Shown: positions 22,813 to 35,165 of the stretch, in pieces
How the letters are laid out: each line of letters starts with the position of its first letter
Numbering within the stretch: position 1 is the stretch's first letter
Assembly: GCF_020745735.1 (NCBI RefSeq)
Contig: NC_083409.1
Coordinates: 18,620,341 to 18,684,340 of the forward strand
DNA from: Hemiscyllium ocellatum
Lineage: Eukaryota
Length of the DNA stretch: 64,000 nt
Direction of reading: 5' to 3'
Notes under the pieces: model-generated
What the model was told of the DNA's origin: nothing
Database searches by the model: none
What the model saw: the letters and a program-made list of their open reading frames with translations, nothing else
Made by a program: the position numbers and the translations under genes

Positions 22813-23454
22813 CTTTCTATTTTTGTCTCAGATTTACAGCATCTGCAGTTCTTTTGGTTTCCCTCCAAACCCACGTTCACTTCCATTTAGAACAAGAGCA
22901 GCAGATACATGGGAACACTGTGAGCTGCAAGTTCCCCTCAAAAAAGCTTAGCATCCGGACTTGGAAATATGTCGCTGATCCCTCAGCCTTGCTGGGTTAA
23001 AATGCTGGCATTCTCTCCCCAACAGCATTGTGGGTCAACTTACGTCTTGTGGACTATAGTCAAAAAGTCAGGTTCCCACCGCCTTCTCCAGGGCAACTAG
23101 GGACAGGGTAAAAAATGTTGGCCCAGCCGGTGAAGCCCACTTCCCACAAGTGAATATGCAAAACCAAATGAAGTGTCCCTCAGGAGGGGAGAGGGAATGT
23201 TCAGGATCCTGAACTCCATTTCCCAGCCCAGGCAGTTTGTCTCCCAATGAATGAATGAGATGCCAATTTGAAGCCCAGGTTCAGGGCAGTCTCACTCTGT
23301 GGACATGAGGTCTATAAGAGAGAATTGGAGATTGAGCTGTAAAGGAAAGATTTGCTGGGTTATGGGGAGAGAGAGGGGAGCAGTGGGATTCACTGGGTCA
23401 TTCAAAGGCATGATGGGCTGAATGGCCTCCTCCTGTGCTGTCAGATTCCAGGGA

Positions 23455-23700
23455 GTGCAGACAGTTTACAGTTTTCTCCCGTCTCAGTAACAAACACCCA
23501 GCTGCTCCGAGCTCCTTCTTTCACTTCCTCTCTTGGTGAAGTTTCAACCTTGCGATCTGACAGTCTTTGCAGTTATTTTTTACACTGGGGCTTTCTGCTG
23601 TGGTCAGAATCTCTAATAATAAGTGTCCAATCAGTGACAATTACAGCAGCTAAGAGCAGTCAGGACTGAGGAGCCAGGCTCACTGTGAAACACATTGGGA
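23455..23700 (-). promoter_or_regulatory. Candidate upstream B-cell enhancer, cluster 1 copy
   Basis: On the minus strand GGAAGTGAAA (EICE) at 23519-23528; CAGCTG 23499-23504, TGTGGT 23599-23604, CCAAT 23627-23631. Confidence 0.45.
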
Positions 23701-24335
23701 AGATCAAAGCCATCCTCTTCAGCTCCCGGTACCAACTCCATCCCTCTCCCTGAGCACTGTCTGCTGCTCAACCAGACTCTTTACAACTCTGGCCTCATCT
23801 TTGGGGCTGTTTTGGGGCCCAAATCCTCCACATCACAATTATCAGCCACTGAAAATCTCAACCATGTTTTTGAGACCATTCCAATGTTATCCAGGCCCAC
23901 ATCACAGCCACTGACTTCCGTAAACATCAGCTCATTCCAAACTCTGCTGTCTGTGTTCAAACTCACACCAAGTCCACCCCATACCCCTGTCCATGCCTCC
24001 CCACCCCACCATAACCGACACAATCCTCACTGACTGACATAAGCTCCTGGTCAAATTCTCATCCCTGTTCTCAATCTGCTCCCTGTTCTTCCACCCTCCC
24101 TATCACTGTGACCTCCTCCAAGCTGCCTCACTCAGTCTGATCAATAATCTTGGATATATGGCTCTCTGTTTCTTCATCCAAGTCATTGAGAAATATCATG
24201 AAAAGCTGAGGTCCCAGCACAGATCCCTGGGAATACCACTACTCACATCTGGCTCATTGGAACACACGCACATTATCCCTCCTCTCTGTCTCCAAGACAG
24301 ACCCATTCCTGACCCAAGGTAAATGCATTTCTCAA
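23700..24335. mobile_element. L2 LINE 3' fragment (+) and CR1 RT fragment (-) marking the inner end of the left arm; mirror 40120-40770
   Basis: NSGLIFG...HVFETIP L2-like C-terminal remnant; reverse-complement homology to 40120-40770. Confidence 0.6.
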
Positions 24336-24879
24336 ATTCCATCCAATTCCATGATTAGGAGATGCCGGTGTTGGACTGTCGTGTAAATGTTAAAAATCAC
24401 AGAACACCAGCTTCTAATGCAACAGGTTTGTTTGGAAGCATCAGCGTTTGGAGCGCTGCTCCTTCATCAGATGGTTGTGGAGTGTAAGATCTGAATCAAT
24501 GTTTCTTTTGTGGAACATTCTTAAATGTCTTTTGGAATTCCCTATAGATAATAGCCATCGACATTCCCTTATATCCCACACCAGTGAGCTCCTAACAAAG
24601 TGTAACCCGGTTAGTTAAAGATGTCTGAACCTTTGTCAATCCAGGCTGACTCTCTCGGACCAGTTCATATTTGTCCGTTATTCTGTCTCTAAAAACAGAC
24701 TCAATCACTTCCTGACAACAGACATTCAATGGAGATGTTCATTGTGATTGAGGCTCGTAAACAGCTAGCACTGACACGAGGGGCTGAACAGCCTCCTCCT
24801 GTGCTGGCACATTCTCTGTCTCCTGGACTGAAATTTTTACAGATTAAAAACTGAAGACCAGCAGCAAATTTTAAAATAT

Positions 24880-27800
24880 AAATTAAAAACTCCTCAAATA
24901 ATTTCCACATACAGGGCCGGGCGATGTGTAGTAATTGTACATGGGGAAGGTGGTGGAGCCCATTGTAGCTCAGAGTGACCACATCTACAGCAAGTGTTGG
25001 TTGCTCAAGGCACTCCAGCTCAGAGTTGATGAGCTGGAATCTGAGCTTCAAACACTGCGACACATCGGGGAGGGGGAGAGTTACCTGGACACTGTGTTTG
25101 GGGAGACAGTCACACCTTGGAGGTTAAATACTTCAAATTATGGCCAGTGGTCAGGGTCAGGAGGGTGTGGGAGGGACAGAAGTGGACAGGACGATGCAGC
25201 CTGGATTTAGCCTTACAGGTGCCTCAGCTCCTTGTCCAACAGGAATGAGGTACATGCTCCCTGTGTCAATGAGGAAAAAGATTGTCGGGAGAATGGGCAA
25301 ATGTAGTTTGAGGATTTTGGTGATAGTGACCATAACTCTGTAAGTTTCAAAGTCATTATATAAAAAGATAAAGACAGAGCAGAAATTATAATGTCTAAAC
25401 TGGGGAAAATGTCGGGATGTGTCGGTTAGGTGCATTAGCCATGGGAGATGCAGATTTACAGGGATAAGGTAGGGAGACAAGTCTGGGTGGGATGCTGTTC
25501 AGAATGTTGGTGTGGACTCATTGGTCTGAATGGCCTGTTTCACACGGTATGGATTCTATAATTCAAAGACTCCCGAGAGCAGTCATTGCTGACTTGGCCA
25601 GAGATGTCCATTTCCTATGAATGAATGAAGGAAACCACTGCACCATGGTCCAGGAGACCACTCAGACTTGGGGAGCACAAAGAAAAGAGAGGTCTTGATA
25701 ATGAGGGGAACTGATAGCATCCTTTGTGAGCAGGATTGAGAGCCCCACATGGTGTGTTTCCTGCCTGGTTTCAAGGTAAGGGCATCTCGAGCCGGCTTTT
25801 AAGTATAACAGACTTGGGGGGGGGGGTGGTGGTGGGGAGGTTGGGGGGGATGAGGATCCAGTTGTTTTTGTTGTGTTGGGACCAACAACATCAACAAAAA
25901 TCGGCAAAAGGTCCTATTTGGACAATATCAGGAAAGCTATCAGAAGGATATTGATTAGACAGATGGAGAGAAATAAGAAAGAGGTGAATACAGCATCAGT
26001 GCTGAGGAACAGATTCCAGTGAATGGACCAAATAAGAGTCCTACATACGAATGCACGGAGCGTAAGGAATAAATACAATAATCTGCAGGCACAAATTCAA
26101 ATTTAAGATTGTGGTATCGGATCAATTACTGAGACATAGTTGCAGAATCATTCAGATTGGGAACGATATCTATCGGGTTAGAAGGTTCACAGGATGGATA
26201 TAGGGAAATGGCAGAAGAGGTGGAGCAGCTTTATTGATGAGGGAAAAAAATGGCTTCAATGGTGAGGGAGGTCATAATGAGGAGAAAACATTCAGTGGGA
26301 CTGAGGAGCAGGAAAGGATCTAAAACTGTGGTAGATGTTGGATACTGACCTCCCTGACAGCAGCTCTGAGGTGCTGGATGATATAAATGGAGGAATTAGA
26401 CAAGTGTGTAGCAAAGCCAGTGTATTATTAATGGGGAAGTTTAACTTGAACTTAGATTGGGAGACAGACAAGCCCTCTGTCAGAAAGGTAGTGAATTGCT
26501 GCTGTGTGTCCAGAATAGTTTCCAACAGCAATAGGTCCTGGATACAACAAGGGGACAAGCAATATTGGAATTAGTAATGAATAATGAGCCAGATTTAGTT
26601 CATAACTATTTGTGCATGAATATTTATCAAATAGTGATCATAACATGATCTAGTTCAGTGTCGCATTTGAAAGTAAAAAGCATGAATCAGCTGCTAGAAT
26701 TTGAGATTAAGGTAAGGGCCGACTTTAACGAGATGAGACAGAGACTGTCCACAGTAAACTGGGAAACTCTGCTCATGGGTAAAACAACTGAAGAACAGTG
26801 GGGAATGTGTAAAGGAACATTCAACACAAAACAAAGCCAATTTATACCTGAGAGGGAAAAGCGAACAAACAACAATGGTCAATTAAAGAGATAAGGGAAA
26901 GAATAAAATGTTAAAAAAAGGCTTACAGAAAAGCAAAAAATAAGGACAGATTCCGCTGAATGGGAAGGATCAGGATACAAAAGGGCCACATATCAGCTTC
27001 TAAGAGCTACCAAAAGGGATTCTGAAAGGAAACATGTAAGGGATAACAAAATCACTCAGGAGAAATGTTACAGTTCCATAAAAGGGAAGCTGGGAGTTCA
27101 GGAGCAATGTTGGCCATTAAAGACTGAAAGTGAGGGATACTGTCAGTGACAATGGGGAAATGACAGCCATGTTAAATAAATACTTTACCTCAAGATTTGC
27201 AGTAGAAAAGGAAGAGGACTTGCCTGAAATCCCAAAGGAATTAACAGAGGATCTGTGTCAGGGACTGATTAGATTCCCTGCAGTGTGCAAACATACCTTT
27301 TGGCCCAACCAGTCCACACCGACCCTCCGAAGTGTAACCCACCCAGACCCATTTTCCCTCTGACTAATGCAATTAACACTATGGGCAATTTAGTATGGCC
27401 AATTCACCTGACCTGCACATCTTTGGATAGTAGGAGGAAACCCATGCAGACAATGTGCAAACGCCACACAGGTAATTGCCCAAGGCTGGAATTGAACCTG
27501 GGACTCTGGTGCTGTGAGGCAGCAGTGCTAACCACTGTGTCACCTCAATAAAGTTAATGTCAATATAACATGTGTAATAAGGAAAATAATGGAACTAAAG
27601 AGTGACAAATCCTCAGGACCTGAGGGTGATAAAGTAGTAATAGACCACATTGCAGACACCCTGACTATAATCTTTCAGAGTTACCTGGAATCAGGAGTCG
27701 TACCTCTGAATTGGAAAATTGCAAATTTCATTTCACATTTAACAAGGATGTTAGAGAAAAGCCAGGGAATTACAGGTCACTAAGCCAACGTTTGTGGTGT

Positions 27801-28270
27801 GGAAATTGTTGTAGTTTATAATCAAGGATGGGGGTAACTGAAGACCTTGAAAATGGTCAGTTAATCAGGGAGAATCAGCATGGATTCATGACAAGTTGGT
27901 CATGGTGAAAAACCTCATTGAACATTTTTGAAGAGGAAACAAAATTACTGGACACAGTAATGTCAATGGATGTTGTTTATAGGGACTTCCAGAAGGCATT
28001 TGATAAAATCCCATGTAAGAAACTGTCAACTCAGTTAGAAATCCACAAAACTGAGGCTAAAATACTGCCATACCGAAATTGGTTGAGTGACAGGTGACAG
28101 AAAATAGGGATCATGGATAAGTGCTGAAATTGGCAGGATGTGACCAGTGGTGTCCAATAGGAATGTGTGTGCACACCTCAATTATTTACATTATTTATTA
28201 ATGCATTGGATAATGGCTTAGAAAGTCAGATACTCTAGTTTGCTAATGACACAAAGTTAGGCAGCTTTGT
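24880..28270 (+). mobile_element. CR1 LINE remnants (ORF1 24880-25210; ORF2 26010-28270) with an HE1 SINE inserted at 27267-27543 (-)
   Basis: LQLRVDELESELQTLR (ORF1), LHTNARSVRNK (APE), DFQKAFDKIP (RT), FANDTKLG. Confidence 0.8.
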
Positions 28271-28474
28271 AGGTAGTGTTTGTAGAGTCAGAGAGTTAGC
28301 ATTCATCCAATGCAATCTTTAATAGAGTATAATTTATGTTTGATATCAAATTCCTTGACTCCATCTATCTCTCTCACTCTCTCTCCCCACCCCTCTCTAA
28401 CTCAGCTGCATCGATCTCACTCTGAGTTCCATCCCTCTTTCTCTGTCCAAGCTCTGTCCCCCTCTCTTTTAGTG

Positions 28475-28512
<38 letters not shown>

Positions 28513-29369
28513 GTCTCTCTCCCTGTGCTCCATCTCTTGCTCTCTAAGCCGTATCGCTCCCTCCATTGCAGCTGCTGGGAGTTCGATCTAAGCCAATTCC
28601 AGTGAATCCCATGGAGAATAATGACGGGATATTTGGAGTGTGAGTTTGATGATGTAAATGTGAACCATTGCAGCAAAGACATTACAGATGGTTTGTACAG
28701 ACAGCAAAGCCCAAACCAGAGCATTGTGTTAATCAACACAGAACTAATCAAAGCTTCAATAAAAATAATTGTTAATGTGATTCTCAGAGATATAATTATT
28801 CTAGTTACAAATGGTTATTTCTCAGTGAAGATCCATCCTGCTGAATATTAGATAGAGCTGGGCTTTGAAGAAATATTGGGCAGATGGAGTGTAATGTGGG
28901 GGAGTGTGACCTTGTTCACTTTCACAATAATCATTCAAATGTGACTGGAGAGTTGTTAAGTCCACAGAGCAAAACTTGCCATTGGGTATAATCCATTAGG
29001 TGTGATAAATACAGAAACTCACTTAGTTCTAGTTATCAGTGAGTTCTTGTTAACAACCTTTTAACAAATCAATTTTATACAAGAATGATATACTACAAAT
29101 CCTCTCTATGCAACCTTCTCAGCTGGAAATAGGGAATGAATCTGGTTTTGTGACGAGACTCACATTCTTCGAGTCTACACAGAATTAAATGGAACAGTTT
29201 GGTTCAGGAGCCAATACTACAGGAGAACTCCAATTACTCTGATATGGTTCAATCAGCTGATTCTCCAACATGGAAGCCCTCTGTTCCATTGCCGGTTTCG
29301 GTTGGTTTTTGTATTATTTTGTCTGAATTACCAAATTCATGTTATATTTGATTCATGTGGTAGATCTAA

Positions 29370-29810
29370 GTTTATCAATACAAGTCCACAAGATAAAGGA
29401 GCAGAATTGGGCCATTTGGCCCATCATGTCTGGTCATTTACAGTTGATAATGTTTCTCAGCCCCAATCTCTTCCCTTTTCCCTGTAAATCTTGATCCCTT
29501 GACCAATCAAGAGCCAATCTATTTATTTCTTAAATACACTCAATGCATTGGCCTCCAAGGCCCTCTGTAGTTCCACAGATTAATGACACTCTGGCTGAAG
29601 AAATTCCTTCTCAACTCAGTTCGAAAGATCGTCTCTTCACTCTGAGACTGTGCCCTCGGGTCTCCAACTCTCCTATGATTAGAAACATCTCCTCCATGTC
29701 CACTCTATCCAGGCCATCCTGTATTCTGTATGTTTCAATGACATTCCCTCTCATCTTTCTAAACTCCATCAAGTACAGAACCAAAGTCCTCAACGACTCC
29801 TCATTTAAGC
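29370..29810 (-). mobile_element. CR1 3' fragment interrupting the Gypsy relic
   Basis: LYLMEFRKMRGNVIETYRIQDGLDRVD C-terminal ORF2 motif and tail. Confidence 0.8.
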
Positions 29811-29819
29811 ATCTTTGTA

Positions 29820-31870
29820 TTGTCTGAGCAGCCTTACTGAATCTACCTGTTGATCTTCCTCCAGATACAAAAATGCAGTGTCTGAAGTCTCAAATATCTC
29901 TGAATTTGTTCATCTAATAACAGGAAGTTTACTTTGGGAAGTGCCCAGGTCTGATTTGATCTCAAGCTTTTTCTGATCCCCTTCCCTATTATACTCACTA
30001 CTTGACAAACCTGTACATGATGGGATGGTTTCTCAAAAACTGGGAGAGGAATTAAGGATGCTGGTTTTGTGTTGAGGTTTACCTATAACTTGACAAGTAA
30101 GACACGTTTTATAAAACTGCACCACATCTTTATTCAATTGTGGCTCAGTAAAATAACTGTTTCTGGAAGCCTGTGTTTTCCAAATCCCCATGTGACCTGC
30201 CATGGGAGTCTCATGTGCCTCTTGTACTATTCCCCCTATGATAGCTGGGTGGGACCACTAGCCAATGTCTAACTGACCATTCTTCATCTGGGGTCGATGG
30301 GGAGGGGGGCATCTCCACGTCCTCATCAGCGCTCCATCCTGAACACAATAACAATCTGAAACTCCTTCAGCCTCGACCTCAGTATGAACTGACAGTGCTC
30401 ATTTATTTCAGTCAGGATCTGCTTTTTGGATCTGCTGTAATTAGTGACATCATACCAACCACTCCACCTGGATTATCTTCACCCTTTCGGAAAGTTTCAT
30501 CGATCCTTTCGCTTGCTGTGGTGTCACATCAACCCTTATTGATGGATTTTGTTTAACCATTGCCCTGGTTACCTCACACGAAGGAGAGACCAGGAACCTG
30601 TTCCTGTCATTGTTCTGTTTCTTGGCCCTCCTTTGGACATTCTGTAATTATCGGGGAAGCTACAGTCTTTAGTCCTGACAAAACATTCCCCAGAAGGAAA
30701 TCGACTCCTTCAACATGGAATGTTTTCCCATTCCGACAATTATTTCTCCTGACAACAAATCACATTCCAATTGTACTGTATACAATGGAAGTGGAATATA
30801 TTCTCCACCAATTCCAGTGATTAATACCTTAGCTCCCATCGAGCTCTCTGGAGGGAAAATCAATTCTTTCTCCAGTAAAAGTGATTGTGTTGCTCCTGTA
30901 TCTCTCAGTTTGGTTCTGGGTTTAGCTGAAGAAAAAGGAGTCACCATTCCTTTTGATAAAATCCTATCCACCTCTCATCTACCTGACAACCTTCTTTACT
31001 AATGACAGAATTGACCTCCAGCATTTTTGTTACAGCTACAACCTGCTCCGTGGGATTATCTGTCTGTGTTCCCTTCTCTGACTCATTTTACTAACACCGA
31101 TAAATCCCATGGATTTACCTCAACTTCCAACACTCCAAACATACATGGCCCACCTTATTCCAAGAGAAACATTTCAGCTTCTGATCATCACTTCCACCCT
31201 CAGCAATTTCCTTCTTAATCTGAGGAGGAGTTCTCGGGCTGTTCCCTACTGTCCACTCTCTCCCCTGGCTACCTGCCTTCCTCACACTCTCCCAATTTTT
31301 ATTTTTCTCCCATTTCTGGGCCTGATGGGAATAAGGTTTCTGGATCGGTCTCCCATCAGGTGACTTCTCCACCTCCTGATGCTGCTTGGCTTGTTGTGCT
31401 CTTCCAGCCTCCTGTTTGTCTACTTTGGATTCCAGCATCTGCAGGGTTTTGGCTTTAACAAAGTCTACCATCATTAGCCATTATAGCTGCTTGTCTTACT
31501 GTCGTTCCCGTTTGGTCTTCTACATGAATTCTGATTCTGGAAGGGAAGGAAGTTTTAAATTCTTCTCAAAGGATAACTTCTTTGAGAGCATTGTAAGTAT
31601 TCTCAGCTGTTAATGCTCTTATCCACCTGTCAACATTATTTTGTTGAACTCTCTTAAACTCAGTAGAGGTTTGTCCAGGCTGTTTGTGTAAGTTCTGAAA
31701 CATCTGTCTGTATGTTTCTGGGGCCAACTCATATGTGCTTAGAATAGCCGTTTTCACCTCCTCTGACAGGGATGTAGAAACCTCTTGTGCTTCCCAAGTT
31801 CATTTTTGCATGGGCAAGGTCCAACCTGTTTTTCCCATCTCGCTTGTGTTGCTATCTTCACTAACAACAT
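29820..31870 (-). mobile_element. Gmr1-like Ty3/Gypsy relic: gag with SCAN-like domain and CCHC knuckle, protease, integrase HHCC
   Basis: YELAPETYRQMFQNL (SCAN-like, 31566-31757), KCFSWNKVGHVCLEC (knuckle), LRDTGATQSLL (protease, ~30900), AHETPMAGHMG...KTCLTCQVIGKP (HHCC, ~30070-30215) directly after the protease. Confidence 0.8.
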
Positions 31871-33311
31871 GAAAAATGCTTCCACATCCTTCTCTTCATT
31901 GTCATAGAGTCATACAACAAATAAATAGGCCCTTCTGTTTGTCGACATGTCGATGCCAATCAGTAATCACCAAACTCCATTTACCTGCACTTGGTCCATA
32001 GCCTTCCATGCCCTGGCATTTTATGTGCTCATCGGGATGTTTCTTAAATGTTGTGAGAAGACCTGCCTTCACCACCTTCTCAAACAGCACATTCCATATT
32101 TCTACCACCCTCTGGGGAAAAAACTCCTCAAAACCCCTCTAAACCATTTTTTCACACGGTAAGCTTATTCCTTCTGGTTATAGACATGTCTGACATGGGG
32201 AAAAGATTCTCACAATTGGCTTTGTCTATGCCTTTCATATTTGTGTATACCTCAATCAGATTCCCCCCAGAGAAAACATATACAGTCTATCCAGTCTCTC
32301 CTCATAACGAATACTTTCCATCCCATGGAACATTCTGGTTAATCTCCTCTGCATCCTCTCTAGTTCAATTATGTTCTTCCAACAGTGTCATGACCAGAAA
32401 TGTGCACAATATTCCAGACATGACCTAACCAATGTTCTGTCAGGTAACAACAAGAATTTCTACTTCCTGTATTCTACACCCTATCTAATAATGGCAAGCG
32501 TCCCATATGCCTTCTTCACCACCCTGTCTAGCTGTGCTGATACCTTCTGGGATTGATGGACTTGTACACCAAGGTCCCTTTGTTCCTCAGTACTCCCAAG
32601 GAACATAAGAACATAAGAACTAGGAGCAGGAGTAGGCCAAGTGTCCCTTCAACCCTGCTCTGCCATTCAATAAGATCATGACTGATCTTTTCAGCTCCCA
32701 CATAAGACCATAAGACAAAGGAGTGAAAGTAAGGCCATTTGGTCCATCGAGTCGACTCTGCCATTCAATCATGGGTGATGGGCATTTAACGGCAGTTACC
32801 CACACTCTCCCTGTAGCCCTGTATTCATTGCAAGATTAAGAATTTATCAATCTCTGCCTTGAAGACATTTAATATTTCAGCCGCCACTGTGCTCTGTGGC
32901 AATCAATTCCAAAGGCCAATGAATTCTAGCTGAAGAAATGTCTCCTCAGTTCTGTTTTAAACTGACCCACTCTAACTCTAAGGCTGTGCCCACGGGTCCT
33001 AGTACCCCCACCAAATGGAAACAATTTCCCAGCATCCAACATTTCAAAGCCATGCATTATCCTGTAATGTTTTATTAAATCTCCCCTTCGAAAGTCGAAT
33101 GAATACAATCCCAGGATCCTCAGCCGTTCATCATATATTAGGCTTACCATTCCAAGGATCATCCATGTGAATCTCCACTGGACACGATCCAGTGTCAATA
33201 TGTCCTTCCTGAGGTGTGGGGCCCAAAATTGGACTGAATGGGGCCTAACCAGAGCTTTATAAAGTCTCAGTAGCACATCTCATTTTACATTACAACCCTC
33301 TTGAGATAAAT

Positions 33312-33470
33312 TAGGAAAAGTGAGGACTGCAGATGCTGGAGATCAGAGCTGAAAAATGTGTTGCTGGAAAAGTGCAGCAGGTCAGGCATCATCCAAGGAG
33401 CAGGAGAATTGACGTTTCGGGCATAAGCCCTTCTTCATTCCTGCTGCGCTTTTCCAGCAGCATTTTTCAG
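33312..33470. mobile_element. Partly palindromic Penelope-terminal insertion with 14 bp TSD
   Basis: CTCTTGAGATAAAT at 33298-33311 and 33471-33484; arms 33345-33474. Confidence 0.8.
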
Positions 33471-34404
33471 CTCTTGAGATAAATGACAACATTACATTTG
33501 CTTTCTTTACCACAGATTCAACCTGCAAGTTAACCTTTAGAGAATCCGGGACTGGCATTCCCAGATCCCTTTGTACTTTGGCTTTATGAATTTTCTCACC
33601 GTTTAGAAAATTGTCCATGCCTGTAATCTTTTTTCTAATGTGCAAGACCTGGCATTTGCTCTCACTGTATCTCTTAATTCCTTTAGTGTTCAAAAAAAAT
33701 CTGTCTTAGCTTTAAAACATTTACTGAAGTAGCATCAATTTCTTCATTGAGCAAGGAATTTCAGAGATTTATGACCCTCTGGGTGAAGAGGTTCCTTCTC
33801 AATTCAGTCCTAAATCTGCTCCCCCTAATTTTGAGGTTAAACCCTCTTGTTTTAGTTTCATCTGCCAGTGAGAACATCCTCTCTACTTCTGTCTTATCTT
33901 TTCTCTTTATAATTTTATTTATTTCTACAAGGTTCCCCTCATTCTTCTCAGTTCCAATGAATATATCCCAGTCTACGCAGTCTCCCTTCATAAGCCAACC
34001 CCCTCCACCCCAGAATCAGCCTGGTGAACTTTCTCTGCACCCCTCCAGTGCCAGTATTGCCTTTTGCAAGTAAGGAGACCATTACTGCACGCAGCACTCC
34101 AGGTGTGGCCTCACCAGCACCCTGTACAGCTGCAACATAACCTTCCTGCTTTTTAAACTCAATCCCTTTAGCAATGAAAGACAAAATTCCATTTGCCTTC
34201 CTAATTGCTTGTTGTACCAGTAGATCAACCCTCTGTGATTCATGCATAAGGACACTCAAGGCACATGCCTTTCATTGTGTATAACCTTCCCTTATTAGAT
34301 CTCCCAAGTTGGATCACCTCAGAGGTATCAGGATTAAATTACATCTGCCATTGCTCTGCCCAATTTACCAGCTGACCAATATCAGACTGTAGCCTGAGAC
34401 CCAG

Positions 34405-35165
34405 TAATCCAAGATGGCATCAGAGTAGGATGCTTCAGACCGAGTTCATCTGCTCTGTCTGTTTCTTTTTCTTCTTTCTATTCCACTTATCTTTTCCTTT
34501 TCTTTTGTGTTTTTCTTTTGTCCTTCTCCCTTATTTCTTCTCTCGGGCTCGGACTCCCAGCCTCAGTCGCCAGGCCTCTGACCCAGTGCAGAGCTAATAA
34601 TGTGGCCTCTTGGCTTGGTGTGGCAGTGTCCTGGCCTGGCAGGGAGACCTTCCAGCCCGACGAGGCAGACTCTTGGTCCAACATGATGGCCTCTCAGTTT
34701 GATGAGGTGGCCTTTCAGCCCAGCATGCTGGACTGTCAGCCCAGGCGTGATGGTCACTCGGCCGAGTGTAGTGATCTCTGAGTGGCCCAGAGTGGTTGTC
34801 TCTCAGCCCACATAGTGGTCCTTTCTGTATATGGTGGTCTCTCCACCCGGGAAGGCCTCAGTGCGGACTTCTGGTCTCGAGATGATGACTTAAAGTATTA
34901 TCCCATGGTAGCTAAGTTCTTACGAAAGGCTCTAATACTTGAACTTTCAGCTTTATTTCTTCATTTTCTACTTAAAACTAAAAAGATCTGTAACGTGTAA
35001 CTTTGAACTTTATCCTTTCTTTCTACCTTGTTCTTAACGATTCTGTACTGAGGTCCTTGTACCTAAGATGGCGCCTTGTGAGGTGACGTTACATACTTTT
35101 CACTGTACTCCAATACTTTTGTACTCGAGTACACGTGACAATAAACTAAAATCAAATCAAATCAA
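34405..35165 (+). mobile_element. Possible Rex1/Babar-type non-autonomous LINE derivative
   Basis: Starts CAAGATGGC and ends TTTTCACTGTACTC...GTACACGTGACAATAAAC followed by (AAATC)n. Confidence 0.45.

Larger units (their letters stand above)
4985..24335 (-). repeat. Left arm of the inverted segmental duplication (pairs with 40120-56915)
   Basis: Collinear reverse-complement homology through 3' UTR, C, intron repeats, J, V, promoter and upstream islands; ~80-98% depending on block. Confidence 0.9.

Noticed and set aside
23681-23687. Isolated RSS heptamers (7445, 16801/47593, 23681, 44675) as extra V/D/J segments
   Set aside because: No nonamer at 12 or 23 nt spacing and no adjacent Ig coding sequence; the 23681 heptamer is mutated in the other arm.
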